Source: Candidatus Eiseniibacteriota bacterium (GTDB lineage Bacteria > Eisenbacteria > RBG-16-71-46). From it: DNA of 64,000 nucleotides. This document shows, piece by piece, positions 37,979-48,709 of the stretch. The DNA lies in NCBI GenBank assembly GCA_963717505.1, contig OY970342.1, forward strand, positions 608,001 through 672,000. Reading direction: 5' to 3'. Below the pieces are notes generated by a model. It was given only the letters and a program-made list of their open reading frames with translations, had not been told where the DNA came from and ran no database searches. Positions within the stretch are counted from its first letter, which is position 1, and each line of letters begins with the position of its first letter. Position numbers and translations under genes: made by a program.

Positions 37979-40900
37979 CTAGCGCGACAGGACCAGGCGG
38001 GTCGTCGTCGTCATGCCGGGGGCTTCAAGCCTCAGAAGGTAGATTCCGCTCCGCGCCGGATTGCCGCCCGAGTCGCGGCCGTCCCACCCGAGCTCATGCG
38101 TGCCCGGCGCGAGGTCGCGATGGCCCAGGGAGCGCACTTCTCGGCCCGCGATGTCGTAGACCGTCGCGCGTACGGTCAAGGCGCTGGAAAGATCGAGCCG
38201 AATGCTGGTTTGCTGCGAGAAGGGATTGGGCCGGGGCCGGCCGAGGGACATCGATCCAGCCGGCGCACCGCCGGATGGTCTCGAGCTCGATGCTGTCGGG
38301 ACGGCCGCGAGGAGCGAGACCGTGCGAATGACCAGTTGCGGCGGGTTCGCTCCCTCCTTGGAGCTGTAGCCCGCGATGTTGGTCGAGCCACTGGTCATGC
38401 CGAAGCTGTAGCTGCCGTTGCCGGTCACCGCCGCCGTCACGTCGAACTCGACCCAGGCGCCGAGCGCCACCGCGCCCTCCTCATCCAGCGGACTGCCCGT
38501 GATGCCCGGCGCGTTGTTCCAGGTCAGCCCGCTCTCCAGCCACGGGGTCGTCGTCCCCAGGTAGTTGTTCGCCACCGCGTAGACCTCGCCGCCGTCGACA
38601 CTCGCGTCGTCGCAGAACAGCCGCAGGGTCGCGCGCTCAACCGTGCCGCTGACCCCGGTGACCGCGAACTTGAGATACGTGTGATACGTGGGATTGACGC
38701 TACGCACCCGCAGCAAGGTGACGGCGCCGAAGCCGCTGGTGGGGCTGGTCGAGAGCACGCGCGTGTCGTGGACCGGGGTGAAGGTCAGATCACTCGTCGG
38801 CACGATCACCGTGAAGCCGGCGGCGCTGACCGCGTTCCCAACCGGATTGATCACCCGGATCGGCCCGGTCGTCGCGGCCGCCGGCACCGTCGCCCGCAGC
38901 TGCGTGTTCGAGTCGATGACGAAGGTCGCGGCGATGCCGTTGAACTCGACCGCGGTGACCGTGAGGAACTCGGTGCCGGTCACCGCGACCTCGGTGCCCA
39001 CCGGCCCACTCGCCGGCACGAGCGATGTGATCGTCGGGGGCTGGAGGACGACGAAGTCGATCGTGCTCAGGGCATTCCCGGCCGGATTGATCACCCGGAT
39101 CGGCCCCGTGGTCGCGCTCGCCGGCACCGTCGCCCGCAGCTGCGTGTTCGAGTCGATGACGAAGGTCGCGGCGAGGCCGTTGAACTCCACTGCCGTCACG
39201 CTCGACAGTGCCGTGCCGGTGACCGTGACCTCGGTGCCCACCGGCCCACTCGCCGGCGCGAAGCCGGTGATGGCGAGCGGGGGTGGCGACCCGGTCCCTA
39301 ACGCCAGAACCAGTTGCGGTGGGTTCGCCCCCTCCTTGGAGCTGTAGCCCGCGATGTTGGTCGAGCCGCTGGTCATGCCGAAGCTGTAGCTGCCGTTGCC
39401 GGTCACCGCCGCCGTCACGTCGAACTCGACCCACGTGCCGAGCGCCACCGCGCCCTCCTCATCCAGCGGACTGCCCGTGATGCCCGGCGCGTTGTTCCAG
39501 GTCAGCCCGCTCTCCAGCCACGGGGTCGTCGTCCCCAGGTAGTTGTTCGCCACCGCGTAGACCTCGCCGCCGTCGACACTCGCGTCGTCGCAGAACAGCC
39601 GCAGGGTCGCGCGCTCAACCGTGCCGCTGACCCCGGTGACCGCGAACTTGAGATACGTGTGATACGTGGGATTGACGCTACGCACCCGCAGCAAGGTGAC
39701 GGCGCCGAAGCCGCTGGTGGGGCTGGTCGAGAGCACGCGCGTGTCGTGGACCGGGGTGAAGGTCAGATCACTCGTCGGCACGATCACCGTGAAGCCGGCG
39801 GCGCTGACCGCGTTCCCAACCGGATTGATCACCCGGATCGGCCCGGTGGTCGCGGCCGCCGGCACCGTCGCCCGCAGCTGCGTGTTCGAGTCGATGACGA
39901 AGGTCGCGGCGATGCCGTTGAACTCGATCCCGGTGACCGTGAGGAACTCGGTGCCGGTCACCGTGACCTCGGTACCCACCGGCCCACTCGCCGGGGCGAA
40001 GCCAGCGATGGCGGGTGAAGGCTGGAGGACGACGAAGTCGACCGTGCTCAGGGCATTCCCGGCCGGATTGATGACCCGGATCGGCCCCGTGGTCGCGGTC
40101 GCCGGCACCGTCGCCCGCAGCTGCGTGTTCGAGTCGATGACGAAGGTCGCGGCGATGCCGTTGAACTCGACCGCGGTGACCGTGAGGAATGCGGTGCCGG
40201 TGACCGTGACCTCGGTGCCCACCGGTCCGCTCGCTGGCACGAGCGATGAGATCGTCGGGGGATGGAGGACAACGAAGTCGACCGTGCTCAGGGCGCTCCC
40301 ACCCGGATTGACCACCCGGACCCGCCCCGTGGTGGCGGTCGCGGGCACCGTCGCCCGCAGCTGCGTGTTCGAGTCGATGACGAAGGTCGCGGCGAGGCCG
40401 TTGAACTCCACTGCCGTCACGCTCGACAGTGCCGTGCCGGTGACCGTGACCTCGGTGCCCACCGGCCCACTCGCCGGCGCGAAGCCGGTGATGGCGAGCG
40501 GGGGTGGCGACCCGGTCCCTAACGCCAGAACCAGTTGCGGTGGGTTCGCCCCCTCCTTGGAGCTGTAGCCCGCGATGTTGGTCGAGCCGCTGGTCATGCC
40601 GAAGCTGTAGCTGCCGTTGCCGGTCACCGCCGCCGTCACGTCGAACTCGACCCACGTGCCGAGCGCCACCGCGCCCTCCTCATCCAGCGGACTGCCCGTG
40701 ATGCCCGGCGCGTTGTTCCAGGTCAGCCCGCTCTCCAGCCACGGGGTCGTCGTCCCCAGGTAGTTGTTCGCCACCGCGTAGACCTCGCCGCCGTCGACAC
40801 TCGCGTCGTCGCAGAACAGCCGCAGGGTCGCGCGCTCAACCGTGCCGCTGACCCCGGTGACCGCGAACTTGAGATACGTGTGATACGTGGGATTGACGCT

Positions 40901-42524
40901 ACGCACCCGCAGCAAGGTGACGGCGCCGAAGCCGCTGGTGGGGCTGGTCGAGAGCACGCGCGTGTCGTGGACCGGGGTGAAGGTCAGATCACTCGTCGGC
41001 ACGATCACCGTGAAGTTGGCGGCGCTGACCGCGTTCCCAACCGGATTGATCACCCGGATCGGCCCGGTGGTCGCGGCCGCCGGCACCGTCGCCCGCAGCT
41101 GCGTGTTCGAGTCGATGACGAAGGTCGCGGCGATGCCGTTGAACTCGACTACCGTCACGCTCGACAGTGCCGTGCCGGTGACCGTGACCTCGGTGCCCAC
41201 CGGTCCACTCGCCGGCACGAGCGATGAGATCGTCGGCGCCAGCGGAACGACGAAACCCACCGGGCTCACTCCCGCACCGTGAGGACCAGACACGCGAATC
41301 GGGCCCGTGCCCGCTCCTACCGGGACCGTCGCACGCAGCTGTGCATCGGAATCGATCGCGAACTCGGCGTCGACCCCAGCAAACGTCACATCCGTCACGC
41401 CCGTGAACCGGACGCCGGCAACAGTGACCTCGGTGCCGGGCAAACCACTCGCCGGAGTGAACGAAAGGATCACGGGCGATGACCCGGTCTGACGGGGGTT
41501 CCAGTACCCCGTGTCGATGGCCAGGCCGAGGTCCTCGTAGGCGCACACCTTTACCGGCTTGGAAGCGCCTTGGATGTTGCTGTGGGCCGCGAACACTCCG
41601 GCCGGAAACGCCGGGCCGAGATTCACGTTGGTCACGTCGATTCCGTCCGTATCAAACGTATTCTCGATCGTGAACGTCTTGACGTACGCGTGCGATTCCC
41701 GGCGATCGTAGACCTTGTATTCGCTGCTCCCCTGACTCGATGCGATCAGGTAGCCGCCGCCACCAGCGGCGTAGTAGATCGCGAGTCCCTCGACATCTTC
41801 GGTCAGACCGCTGGCATCACCGACGCTCGCGATCAGGGTGCCGTTCACCGGATCGTCGGGTTCGGCGCCGATCTTCCAGATGCCGACACGTTCTTCGCCG
41901 AAGTACGCGGCCCCGGTTTCGTCGTCGCAGACGCACCCCTCGGTCCGGCCGCCGATGTCCCACGACCGAACCAGGGTTCCGGCGACTTGGCCGCCTTCGT
42001 CGCGCAGCGCGTACTGCTCGATCTGCCCGGCCTCGGACGCCGTGAACGCGTAGTAGGTGCCGGTGAGCGGACTCCGATACATGCACGAACCGTAGTTGTC
42101 GCCCGTCTGAATCGCGCCGTTGTCGGCGCGCTGGAGCTCCCGGGTGGCGGGGTTGACGCGGAACACGTCGAGTCGACCCTCGCGATTGTTGAAGGCTGAC
42201 CAGGTCGACCGCGACTCCGTTGAGCATGAAGTTGTAACGGATGTCGATGTTGGCGGGCAGGCCAGGAATCGGGATCGACTGCAGCGTCACACCCTGGAGG
42301 TCATAGACGAACAGCCGATTGGCGTCCTTGTCCGCGGCGATGATGGTGCTGAGGGCAGGATCCGTGGGGTGGATCCAGAAGCACATGTCGTCCTGGTCGC
42401 GAAAGCCAGTGGCGGTGAGGGTGAGCCTGGGGGTGACGACGGTCTGCGCTCGAGCCGGTGGCGGATCCGAGGTCAGGATCAAGGCGGCGACAAGAGCGGC
42501 GACATACCCACTGCGAAGATTCAT
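37979..42524 (-). CDS. Secreted beta-propeller phytase with 7 IPT/TIG, 3 DNRLRE (CBM96-like) domains and FlgD-like tail; one extra base at about 42197
   Basis: DDMCFWIHPTDP, NIDIRY, TEGCVCDD, YFGEE, DVEGLAIY, SSQG, TDGIDV; removing one base restores VDLVAFNNREGRLDVF. Confidence 0.85.
38332..41230 (-). repeat. Near-identical intragenic tandem repeats (DNRLRE plus TIG units)
   Basis: DNRLRE copies at about 38332-38790, 39310-39768 and 40531-40989 (offsets 978 and 1221 nt, both in frame), almost identical at DNA level. Confidence 0.95.
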
Positions 42525-42653
42525 GCGTTCTGGACGGCCGCGACCCGGGAGTCGGGTCGGCGGCCCGGCTCCCTCCAGGCGAAGTGCGAGAGAGGAACCT
42601 ACCAGAACGTCCTTTGTGACACAGGCCGTCGGCTACACGGTGATCCGGCTCTC

Positions 42654-43793
42654 TCAGTTCGACGCGGGGGTACTCCATTGCTCGATCAGGGACTCGATGT
42701 TCTTCCGATTCGGCTCATCCGGCGCCTGGGGCAGAGCCTTCTTGGCCATGGACACCGCCTTGGTCTTGTCGCCGACGCCGGCGTAGCCGCGGGCCAGTCC
42801 GAGGTTCACCGGCCAGACGTTGGGATGCTGCTTCGCGTTGGTCTGAAACACCGTGAGCGCGAGCTGGTTCTCGCCCTGTCCCTGGAGCTGGCGGCCGAAC
42901 TGGTGCATTTGGATCGCATTCGCACCCTCCGGCTTCATGGCGCGCTGAATCGTTTTCTGCGCTTCGTCCTTCATGCCGTTGGCGATCTGGAGCTGGGCCA
43001 GTGTCCCGAGAGTCCGGAAGTTCGCGTTGCCGATTCCTTCCCAGCCCACCGACTGCTGTGCGAACCATAGGCCGTCCTCGAGATGGGTCTTGTGGGTCAG
43101 GCAGTACTGGGCCGCGGCCTCCCAGTTGTTCCACGAGTACCCGTCGCGGTTCCGCAGCTCGCGCTTGATCTGCGCGACGTAGAGGTCGGCGACGTTCTCG
43201 ACGGCGATCCGAATCGGCACCTGCAGGTTCTCCCACTCGAGCGCCACGGTCGCACGGTCGGGCTGCCGATCAGTGAATTCGTAAGTCAGCCATTCGTGGT
43301 ACTCGCTCTTCACCGGGGTCACTTTGATGCGCAACGCGTCCTCGGCAGGGTCGTAGGTGAAGGCACCCCACGAGGTCGAGTTGTTGGAGAAGATGATGGT
43401 CCAGTCGCCAGGATCGGCGATCATGAACAAGCCGTAGGCCCCGGCTTTCAAGGTCTGACCCTCGACCTTCACGTCGTGCGACACGGTGAACACGGTGTTC
43501 TGGTTGGCGCCAGCGCGCCACGGGCATTGAGTGCAGTTGTTGAAGCCGAGATCGTGGAGCCCATAGGGCACGAGCCCGCCCCAGATCTTGCCGGCGCGAT
43601 CTTCGCCGCCCGGGCCGTGAACGTCGGGACTGCTGTAGTCGACCGTGACCTGAACCGGGCCGATCCACTGGGTGACCGAAGCCTTTTGATTGTCGCCGCT
43701 GAAAGGCTGCGTGATGGTTTGCGCAGCGGCCATTGGCACCAGAACGAGCAGCACGAGCGCGAACGACACCAGGGCGCGGAAGGCGCGAAGCAT
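42654..43793 (-). CDS. DUF2911 domain secreted protein with TPR C-terminus
   Basis: YSSPDV, IWGGLVPYG, PWRAGANQNT, EWLTYEF; GGAGG SD. Confidence 0.9.
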   Translation of the reverse strand: MLRAFRALVSFALVLLVLVPMAAAQTITQPFSGDNQKASVTQWIGPVQVTVDYSSPDVHGPGGEDRAGKIWGGLVPYGLHDLGFNNCTQCPWRAGANQNTVFTVSHDVKVEGQTLKAGAYGLFMIADPGDWTIIFSNNSTSWGAFTYDPAEDALRIKVTPVKSEYHEWLTYEFTDRQPDRATVALEWENLQVPIRIAVENVADLYVAQIKRELRNRDGYSWNNWEAAAQYCLTHKTHLEDGLWFAQQSVGWEGIGNANFRTLGTLAQLQIANGMKDEAQKTIQRAMKPEGANAIQMHQFGRQLQGQGENQLALTVFQTNAKQHPNVWPVNLGLARGYAGVGDKTKAVSMAKKALPQAPDEPNRKNIESLIEQWSTPASN

Positions 43794-43993
43794 GGGACTA
43801 CCTCCAAGAGAGAGCCGCCTGCGGGCGGCGAAGGGACCCGGTCAAAGTGATCCAGGGGAATCTACCGACCGCGCGGCGAAACACGAGATCGCCGTGACCA
43901 GCACGGCCGGCGGCAGCCCGAACGCGGCCGTCCGGGCCGAAGGCTCCTCCGACAGGAACCGAGGACTTAGTCAGGGGGTAGAATTACTGCCCA

Positions 43994-44467
43994 ATGTCGC
44001 TCCGACGCATCCTCCCCCTCGCAGCCGCGACCCTGATTCCGCTGACTTTCGTCGCCTGCGGTTCGGGAACGGGTCCTCTTTCCATCGTGGATCCCGAGGC
44101 TGCGCCTGCCCAGCCTACCTATGAAGAAGTCGCGCTGATCCTCGAGCGTCACTGTCTGACGTGTCACGGCGCCTCACCCGCGCGGGTCCCGCTGGCATCA
44201 GCACACCCGGAGATCCCCAAGCGGCACCCCGGCGGTGGCAGGGCAACGAGACCCGCTGCCGTAGCCGATGGCGACGAGGACGACGAGGGCGCCGACTACT
44301 CGAGCTGCGCCGGCATCGAAGCTGGTTTGGGCGGCATCTTGAACACCGCGGTCCACGGCAACTCGATGCCTCCGGGCGCATTGCCACGCCTGACCCAGGT
44401 CGAGCGGCTCGTCATCAGTCGTTGGATCGATCAGGGCGCGTGCTCGCCCTGCACCGCCTGCCCGTGA
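43994..44467 (+). CDS. Monoheme c-type cytochrome lipoprotein with C-terminal CxxCxxCP
   Basis: Lipobox FVAC; ILERHCLTCHG; SMPP (candidate distal Met); RWIDQGA; terminal CSPCTACP. Confidence 0.8.
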   Translation: MSLRRILPLAAATLIPLTFVACGSGTGPLSIVDPEAAPAQPTYEEVALILERHCLTCHGASPARVPLASAHPEIPKRHPGGGRATRPAAVADGDEDDEGADYSSCAGIEAGLGGILNTAVHGNSMPPGALPRLTQVERLVISRWIDQGACSPCTACP

Positions 44468-45885
44468 AGCGTTCCGTCCGGCGCACCTGGATCGTCGCCA
44501 GCCTCATTCTGCTCTTCGTCGGATCGGTCGCCGGTGGAACGCCGCTGTACTCGGCGCGGGCCGGGAGAACGTGCGACAACTGTCACCTGCGGCCGAACCT
44601 CTGGACCAATCCTCGTCGACTCGATCGCAAGTGCACGCTCTCGTGTCGGGGCTGCCACGTCGATCCGGCGGGCGGAGGCATGCGCAATGCCGTCGGTCGC
44701 TTCTACGGACGGGCCACGCTGCCGATGATCGCGACCAGCCCGCGTCCCACCCAGGATTGGGATCGATGGATCGGAGGTTGGCTCTATCGTCGAGACCACG
44801 CGACCACGTTCACTGACTCGCTGCCCGAGGGGCCGCCCGACTTTGCCGCGGCGCACGACGTGGGCTACGCCCCGCGGGATCGGTGGGCGGGGGGCCACCC
44901 GTGGGGAAGCCCATCGGTCTGGGCGCTGTTCCCAGGCCGCGAAGGCATCCTGGCCTCCGATCCGGCAGTGCAGGTGAGCTGGGATCTCCGTTACGCCGCG
45001 CTCGTGACCCAGGGTTCGCTGGTGTTCCCGATGCAGGCGGATCTCGGATTCGCCGTTCATCCGGTCGAGCACTTGATCCTGGTCGCGAACATTGGCGCCC
45101 GCGGTCGCAGCGCGGGATTCAGCGAAACCGCGGACGACCCGCACACGCCCTATCTGCGGGACGGATATGCGCTGGTGCACGAGCTGCCGGCGATGGCCTA
45201 TGTGCGGGCGGGCCGATTCATGCCGGCATTCGGGCTTCGGCTCGACGACCACACGACGCAACCCCGACGCGCGTTCGAGCAGGACGGCTCCGTGCCCGAG
45301 TCCCGAGTTACCGGGGTCGAGGTGGGCGCGAATCCCAGCTATCCCTATGTCAGTCTCGCGTGGTTCCGATCGGATTCGAGGACCGAGCTGCCCCCGGCCT
45401 TCGACTTGTTCGAGCGCTATGGAGGGGAAGGCTTTGCCGTCAACGCTGGATATCGCGAGCTGGGGTGGAGCCTCGGTGGCAGCCTGCTCAGCCATTCGCG
45501 CGAGCTGGCCGACGGCGGCGACGCCACGAGCGTGGCCTTCTCAGGAGTGTTCAATCCCTGGTTCTACAACTCCCGGCTGCCACTCACCTACCAGGCGGAG
45601 TTCGACCATGGCCGCTACCAGCGCGCCAGCGGCCGCTCGACGGAACGCTCCGGCTTCTATCAGGAACTCGACTGGCGGGCCGGCAACGGTGTGAACCTGC
45701 TCGCCACACAGGACTGGGTGGACCCCGATCGCGAAGTCGATGACGACCACGCTTTTCGTGTCGGGGCTGGCATTCAGATCACGCCGTTGCCGGGGATCAC
45801 CTTCGACCTTCGAGCCCGGGGCTTGTTCCCCGCGGGCGGCGGGGCGGCGGCTGATGGATTCGCTCACGTGCACCTGTGGCGGTGA
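44464..45885 (+). CDS. Diheme cytochrome c / porin fusion (Cyc2-like)
   Basis: GTG overlaps the upstream TGA; signal peptide; PLYSARAGRTCDNCH and CRGCHVDPAGGG.R..G; barrel-type FPMQADL and GRFMPAFG..DDHT; C-terminal AHVHLWR. Confidence 0.75.
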   Translation: MKRSVRRTWIVASLILLFVGSVAGGTPLYSARAGRTCDNCHLRPNLWTNPRRLDRKCTLSCRGCHVDPAGGGMRNAVGRFYGRATLPMIATSPRPTQDWDRWIGGWLYRRDHATTFTDSLPEGPPDFAAAHDVGYAPRDRWAGGHPWGSPSVWALFPGREGILASDPAVQVSWDLRYAALVTQGSLVFPMQADLGFAVHPVEHLILVANIGARGRSAGFSETADDPHTPYLRDGYALVHELPAMAYVRAGRFMPAFGLRLDDHTTQPRRAFEQDGSVPESRVTGVEVGANPSYPYVSLAWFRSDSRTELPPAFDLFERYGGEGFAVNAGYRELGWSLGGSLLSHSRELADGGDATSVAFSGVFNPWFYNSRLPLTYQAEFDHGRYQRASGRSTERSGFYQELDWRAGNGVNLLATQDWVDPDREVDDDHAFRVGAGIQITPLPGITFDLRARGLFPAGGGAAADGFAHVHLWR

Positions 45886-46016
45886 CTTAGGCTGGCGGTG
45901 GAGGTGGCTCGATGCGACCGTGGTGACCAGCGATTGGTCCTATTCGGCGCGGCTTCCCATTGCTAGACTGAGTCGTCGACCAGATGCCGCTTCGCACCTG
46001 CTCCGGAAGGCCGACC

Positions 46017-48678
46017 ATGTCCAAACGCACCCTGTTGGCGACGACGATCGTCGCTCCCGCCTTGATCGCGGGAGCCCTGGTGGCGACCCATCGAGTCGGG
46101 CCGCGAATCGAGAAGATCCCGGCTGAAGAAACGCCGCTTCGCAGCTACTCGATCTCGGCCGGCTCCGATGCGGCAGGCCCGTCGGCATTTCCATCCGAGT
46201 GGGCGTGGATCCGCCGCACGGCTCCCTACTGGAACGCGGACGCGGAGTCCTTCCGCCAGGAAGTCGATCGCGCGGGCTCGCTGCGCAAGGCCGCAGCACT
46301 CGGCCCGCGCTTCGCCCTCACGCCGGTCACGCCGGCGGGACCCGACAACATCGGCGGGCGTTTCAGCGATATCGAGTGGGATCCGACCGACGCGACGATT
46401 GCCTACGCCGGAGCCGCGACCGGGGGCGTGTTCAAGTCGGCGGACGGTGGCGCCAGCTGGACTCCGATCGCCGATGCCCTGCCGAATCTGAACGTCGGCG
46501 ATCTTGCGATCGATCCGAACGATCCCGAGACCGTCTGGTTGGGGACGGGCGAGCCGAACGGCGGCCACAACAACTTCCCCGGCGGCGGCATCTATCGCAG
46601 CACCGACGGCGGAGGCAATTGGTCGTTCATGGGATTGGGGGGCACGGCGAGCATCGGGCGCGTGGTCGTCGATCCCTCCAACAGCCAGCGGGTGTTCGTT
46701 GCGGCGCAAGGCAGCTACTTCGGGCCGAACCCCGAGCGTGGTCTCTACCGGACCACCGACGGCGGCGCCTCGTGGCAGCTCGTGTTGACCGTCAACGACA
46801 GCACCGGGGCGACCGACATCGTGATCGATCCGACGAATCCCAGCCGCATGATGGCTGCGACCTGGGAACGAGTGCGGCGGCCGAACGGCGGCACGCATCT
46901 ATTCGGGCCGTCTTCCGGCATCTGGCGCAGCCTCAACGGCGGGACCACGTGGACCAAGCTGGGAGCGGCCAACGGGCTGCCCAATCCCGCCACCCAGAAC
47001 GTTGGTCGCATCGGACTCGCCCTTTGCCCCGCGAATCCCAACACGGCCTATGCCGTGATCACCAACGGCAACAACGTGATTGGTTTGTGGCAGTCCCTGG
47101 ACTTCGGCACCAGCTGGCTGAACCGCGACAGCGATCTCGAGATCCAGGCCGGTGGCGGCGGGTTCTCCTGGTACTTCAGCCAGGTGCGGGTGGCGCCCAA
47201 CAACTGCAATCGGGTCTACGCGCTCGACGTGACGTTCTTCCGCAGCGAGGACGGCGGCCTGACCTTCCCGATCAAGTACGGCTACACGGGATCGCCGCCG
47301 GACTTCCACGTCGATCATCACGCGCTCGCGTTCCATCCCGCGAATCCCAACATTCTGCTGGAGGGCAACGACGGCGGGATCAATCACAGCTCGGACGGCG
47401 GGACGAACTGGACCAAGATCGCGGGTTTGCCGGTGACCCAGTTCTACGAAATCGGCCTCGATCCCTCCGACCCGTCTCGGCTCTACGGCGGCACTCAGGA
47501 CAACGGCACGCTTCGCACGGCCACCGGCGGCGTCAGCGACTGGGAGAACATCCTGGGCGGCGACGGGTTCTACGTGAACGTCGACCCGACCAACAGCAAT
47601 GTGATCTATGCCGAGTCGCAATTCGGCGCGCTGAGCAAGACCACGAACGGCGGCGCCAGCTGGGTCGGGATCGCGCCCGCGGGTGCGGCGAGCGACCGGA
47701 AGAACTGGTCGACCCCGGTCGAGCTCGATCCGGTATCGCCCAACATCGTGTACTACGGAACGCAGCGGTTGTGGCGCAGCACCGACGGGGGCACGAGCTG
47801 GACTGCCGCGAGCGGCGACCTGACCGGATGGATAACCGGTGCCGTGCTCGGGACGATCACGACCATCGGAGTTTCGCCCGCCAATCCATCCGTGGTCTGG
47901 ATCGGCACCGACGACGGCCGCGTGTGGCGCGGAGTCGAGACCGCGGGGGTGTTCGCGTGGACCAACATCACGGCCGCTCCATTGCCGCCGCGCTGGGTGA
48001 CGCGCGTGGTCCCGCATCCGAGCGACCCCATGTCGGCGTGGATCACGTTCAGCGGACTCAAGTGGCGGGAATCCGAGAGCCACGTGTTCGCGACCACCAA
48101 TGGCGGTGCCGCCTGGACCGACATCTCGAGCAACCTGCCGGCGGTTCCGATCAACGGCATGGTCGTGGACCCCGACCATCCGCAGATCCTGTTCGTCGGC
48201 ACCGACCTCGGCGCCTACTACTCGAACAATGCCGGTGCGGCATGGAACTACCTGAGCGCGGAGTTGCCGTTGGTGACCGTCTACGACCTGGCGATTCACC
48301 CGACCGCCCGCTTCCTCGCGATCGGCAGCTACGGAAAGAGCATGTACAAGATGGATCTCGACGTCGCGCTCGCGGTCGACGATCCTCCCGATCCCGCGCG
48401 GGTCGCACTCCTCCAGAATGTGCCCAATCCGTTCGCGTCGAGCACCTCGATCGCCTTCACGTTGCGAGAGACCGGTCCGGTCCGGTTGAGCGTGTTCGAT
48501 GTCTCCGGCCGCCGCGTCCGGGTGCTCGCGAACCGCGAGCTGGCCGCCGGCCGGCACGACGTTCGCGTGGGACGGCCGGGACGAGCACGGGCAGCGGGTT
48601 CGAAGCGGAAGCTACCGCTATCGGCTGGAGGTACCTGGCGGTGAGGCGATCACGCGGAACATGGTGATCGTTCGATAG
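46017..48678 (+). CDS. Secreted BNR/Asp-box (VPS10/GH74-like) beta-propeller protein with FlgD-like tail; one extra base at about 48563
   Basis: Repeated S/TxDGGxxW Asp boxes, HVDHH, GGTQDNG, GGDGF; the shift restores WDGRDEHGQRVRSGSYRYRL...IVR stop. Confidence 0.85.
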
Positions 48679-48709
48679 CGGCTCGATGTGAGAGCCGGGT
48701 GCGACCGCC

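Noticed and set aside
38332-41230. Long direct repeats considered as CRISPR array or mobile element
   Set aside because: In-frame protein-domain repeats hundreds of nt long; no spacers, cas genes or transposase
42586-42600. Sigma54-like AGGTTCCTCTCTCGC upstream of the phytase gene
   Set aside because: Only the GG-N10-GC spacing matches; the core consensus is poor
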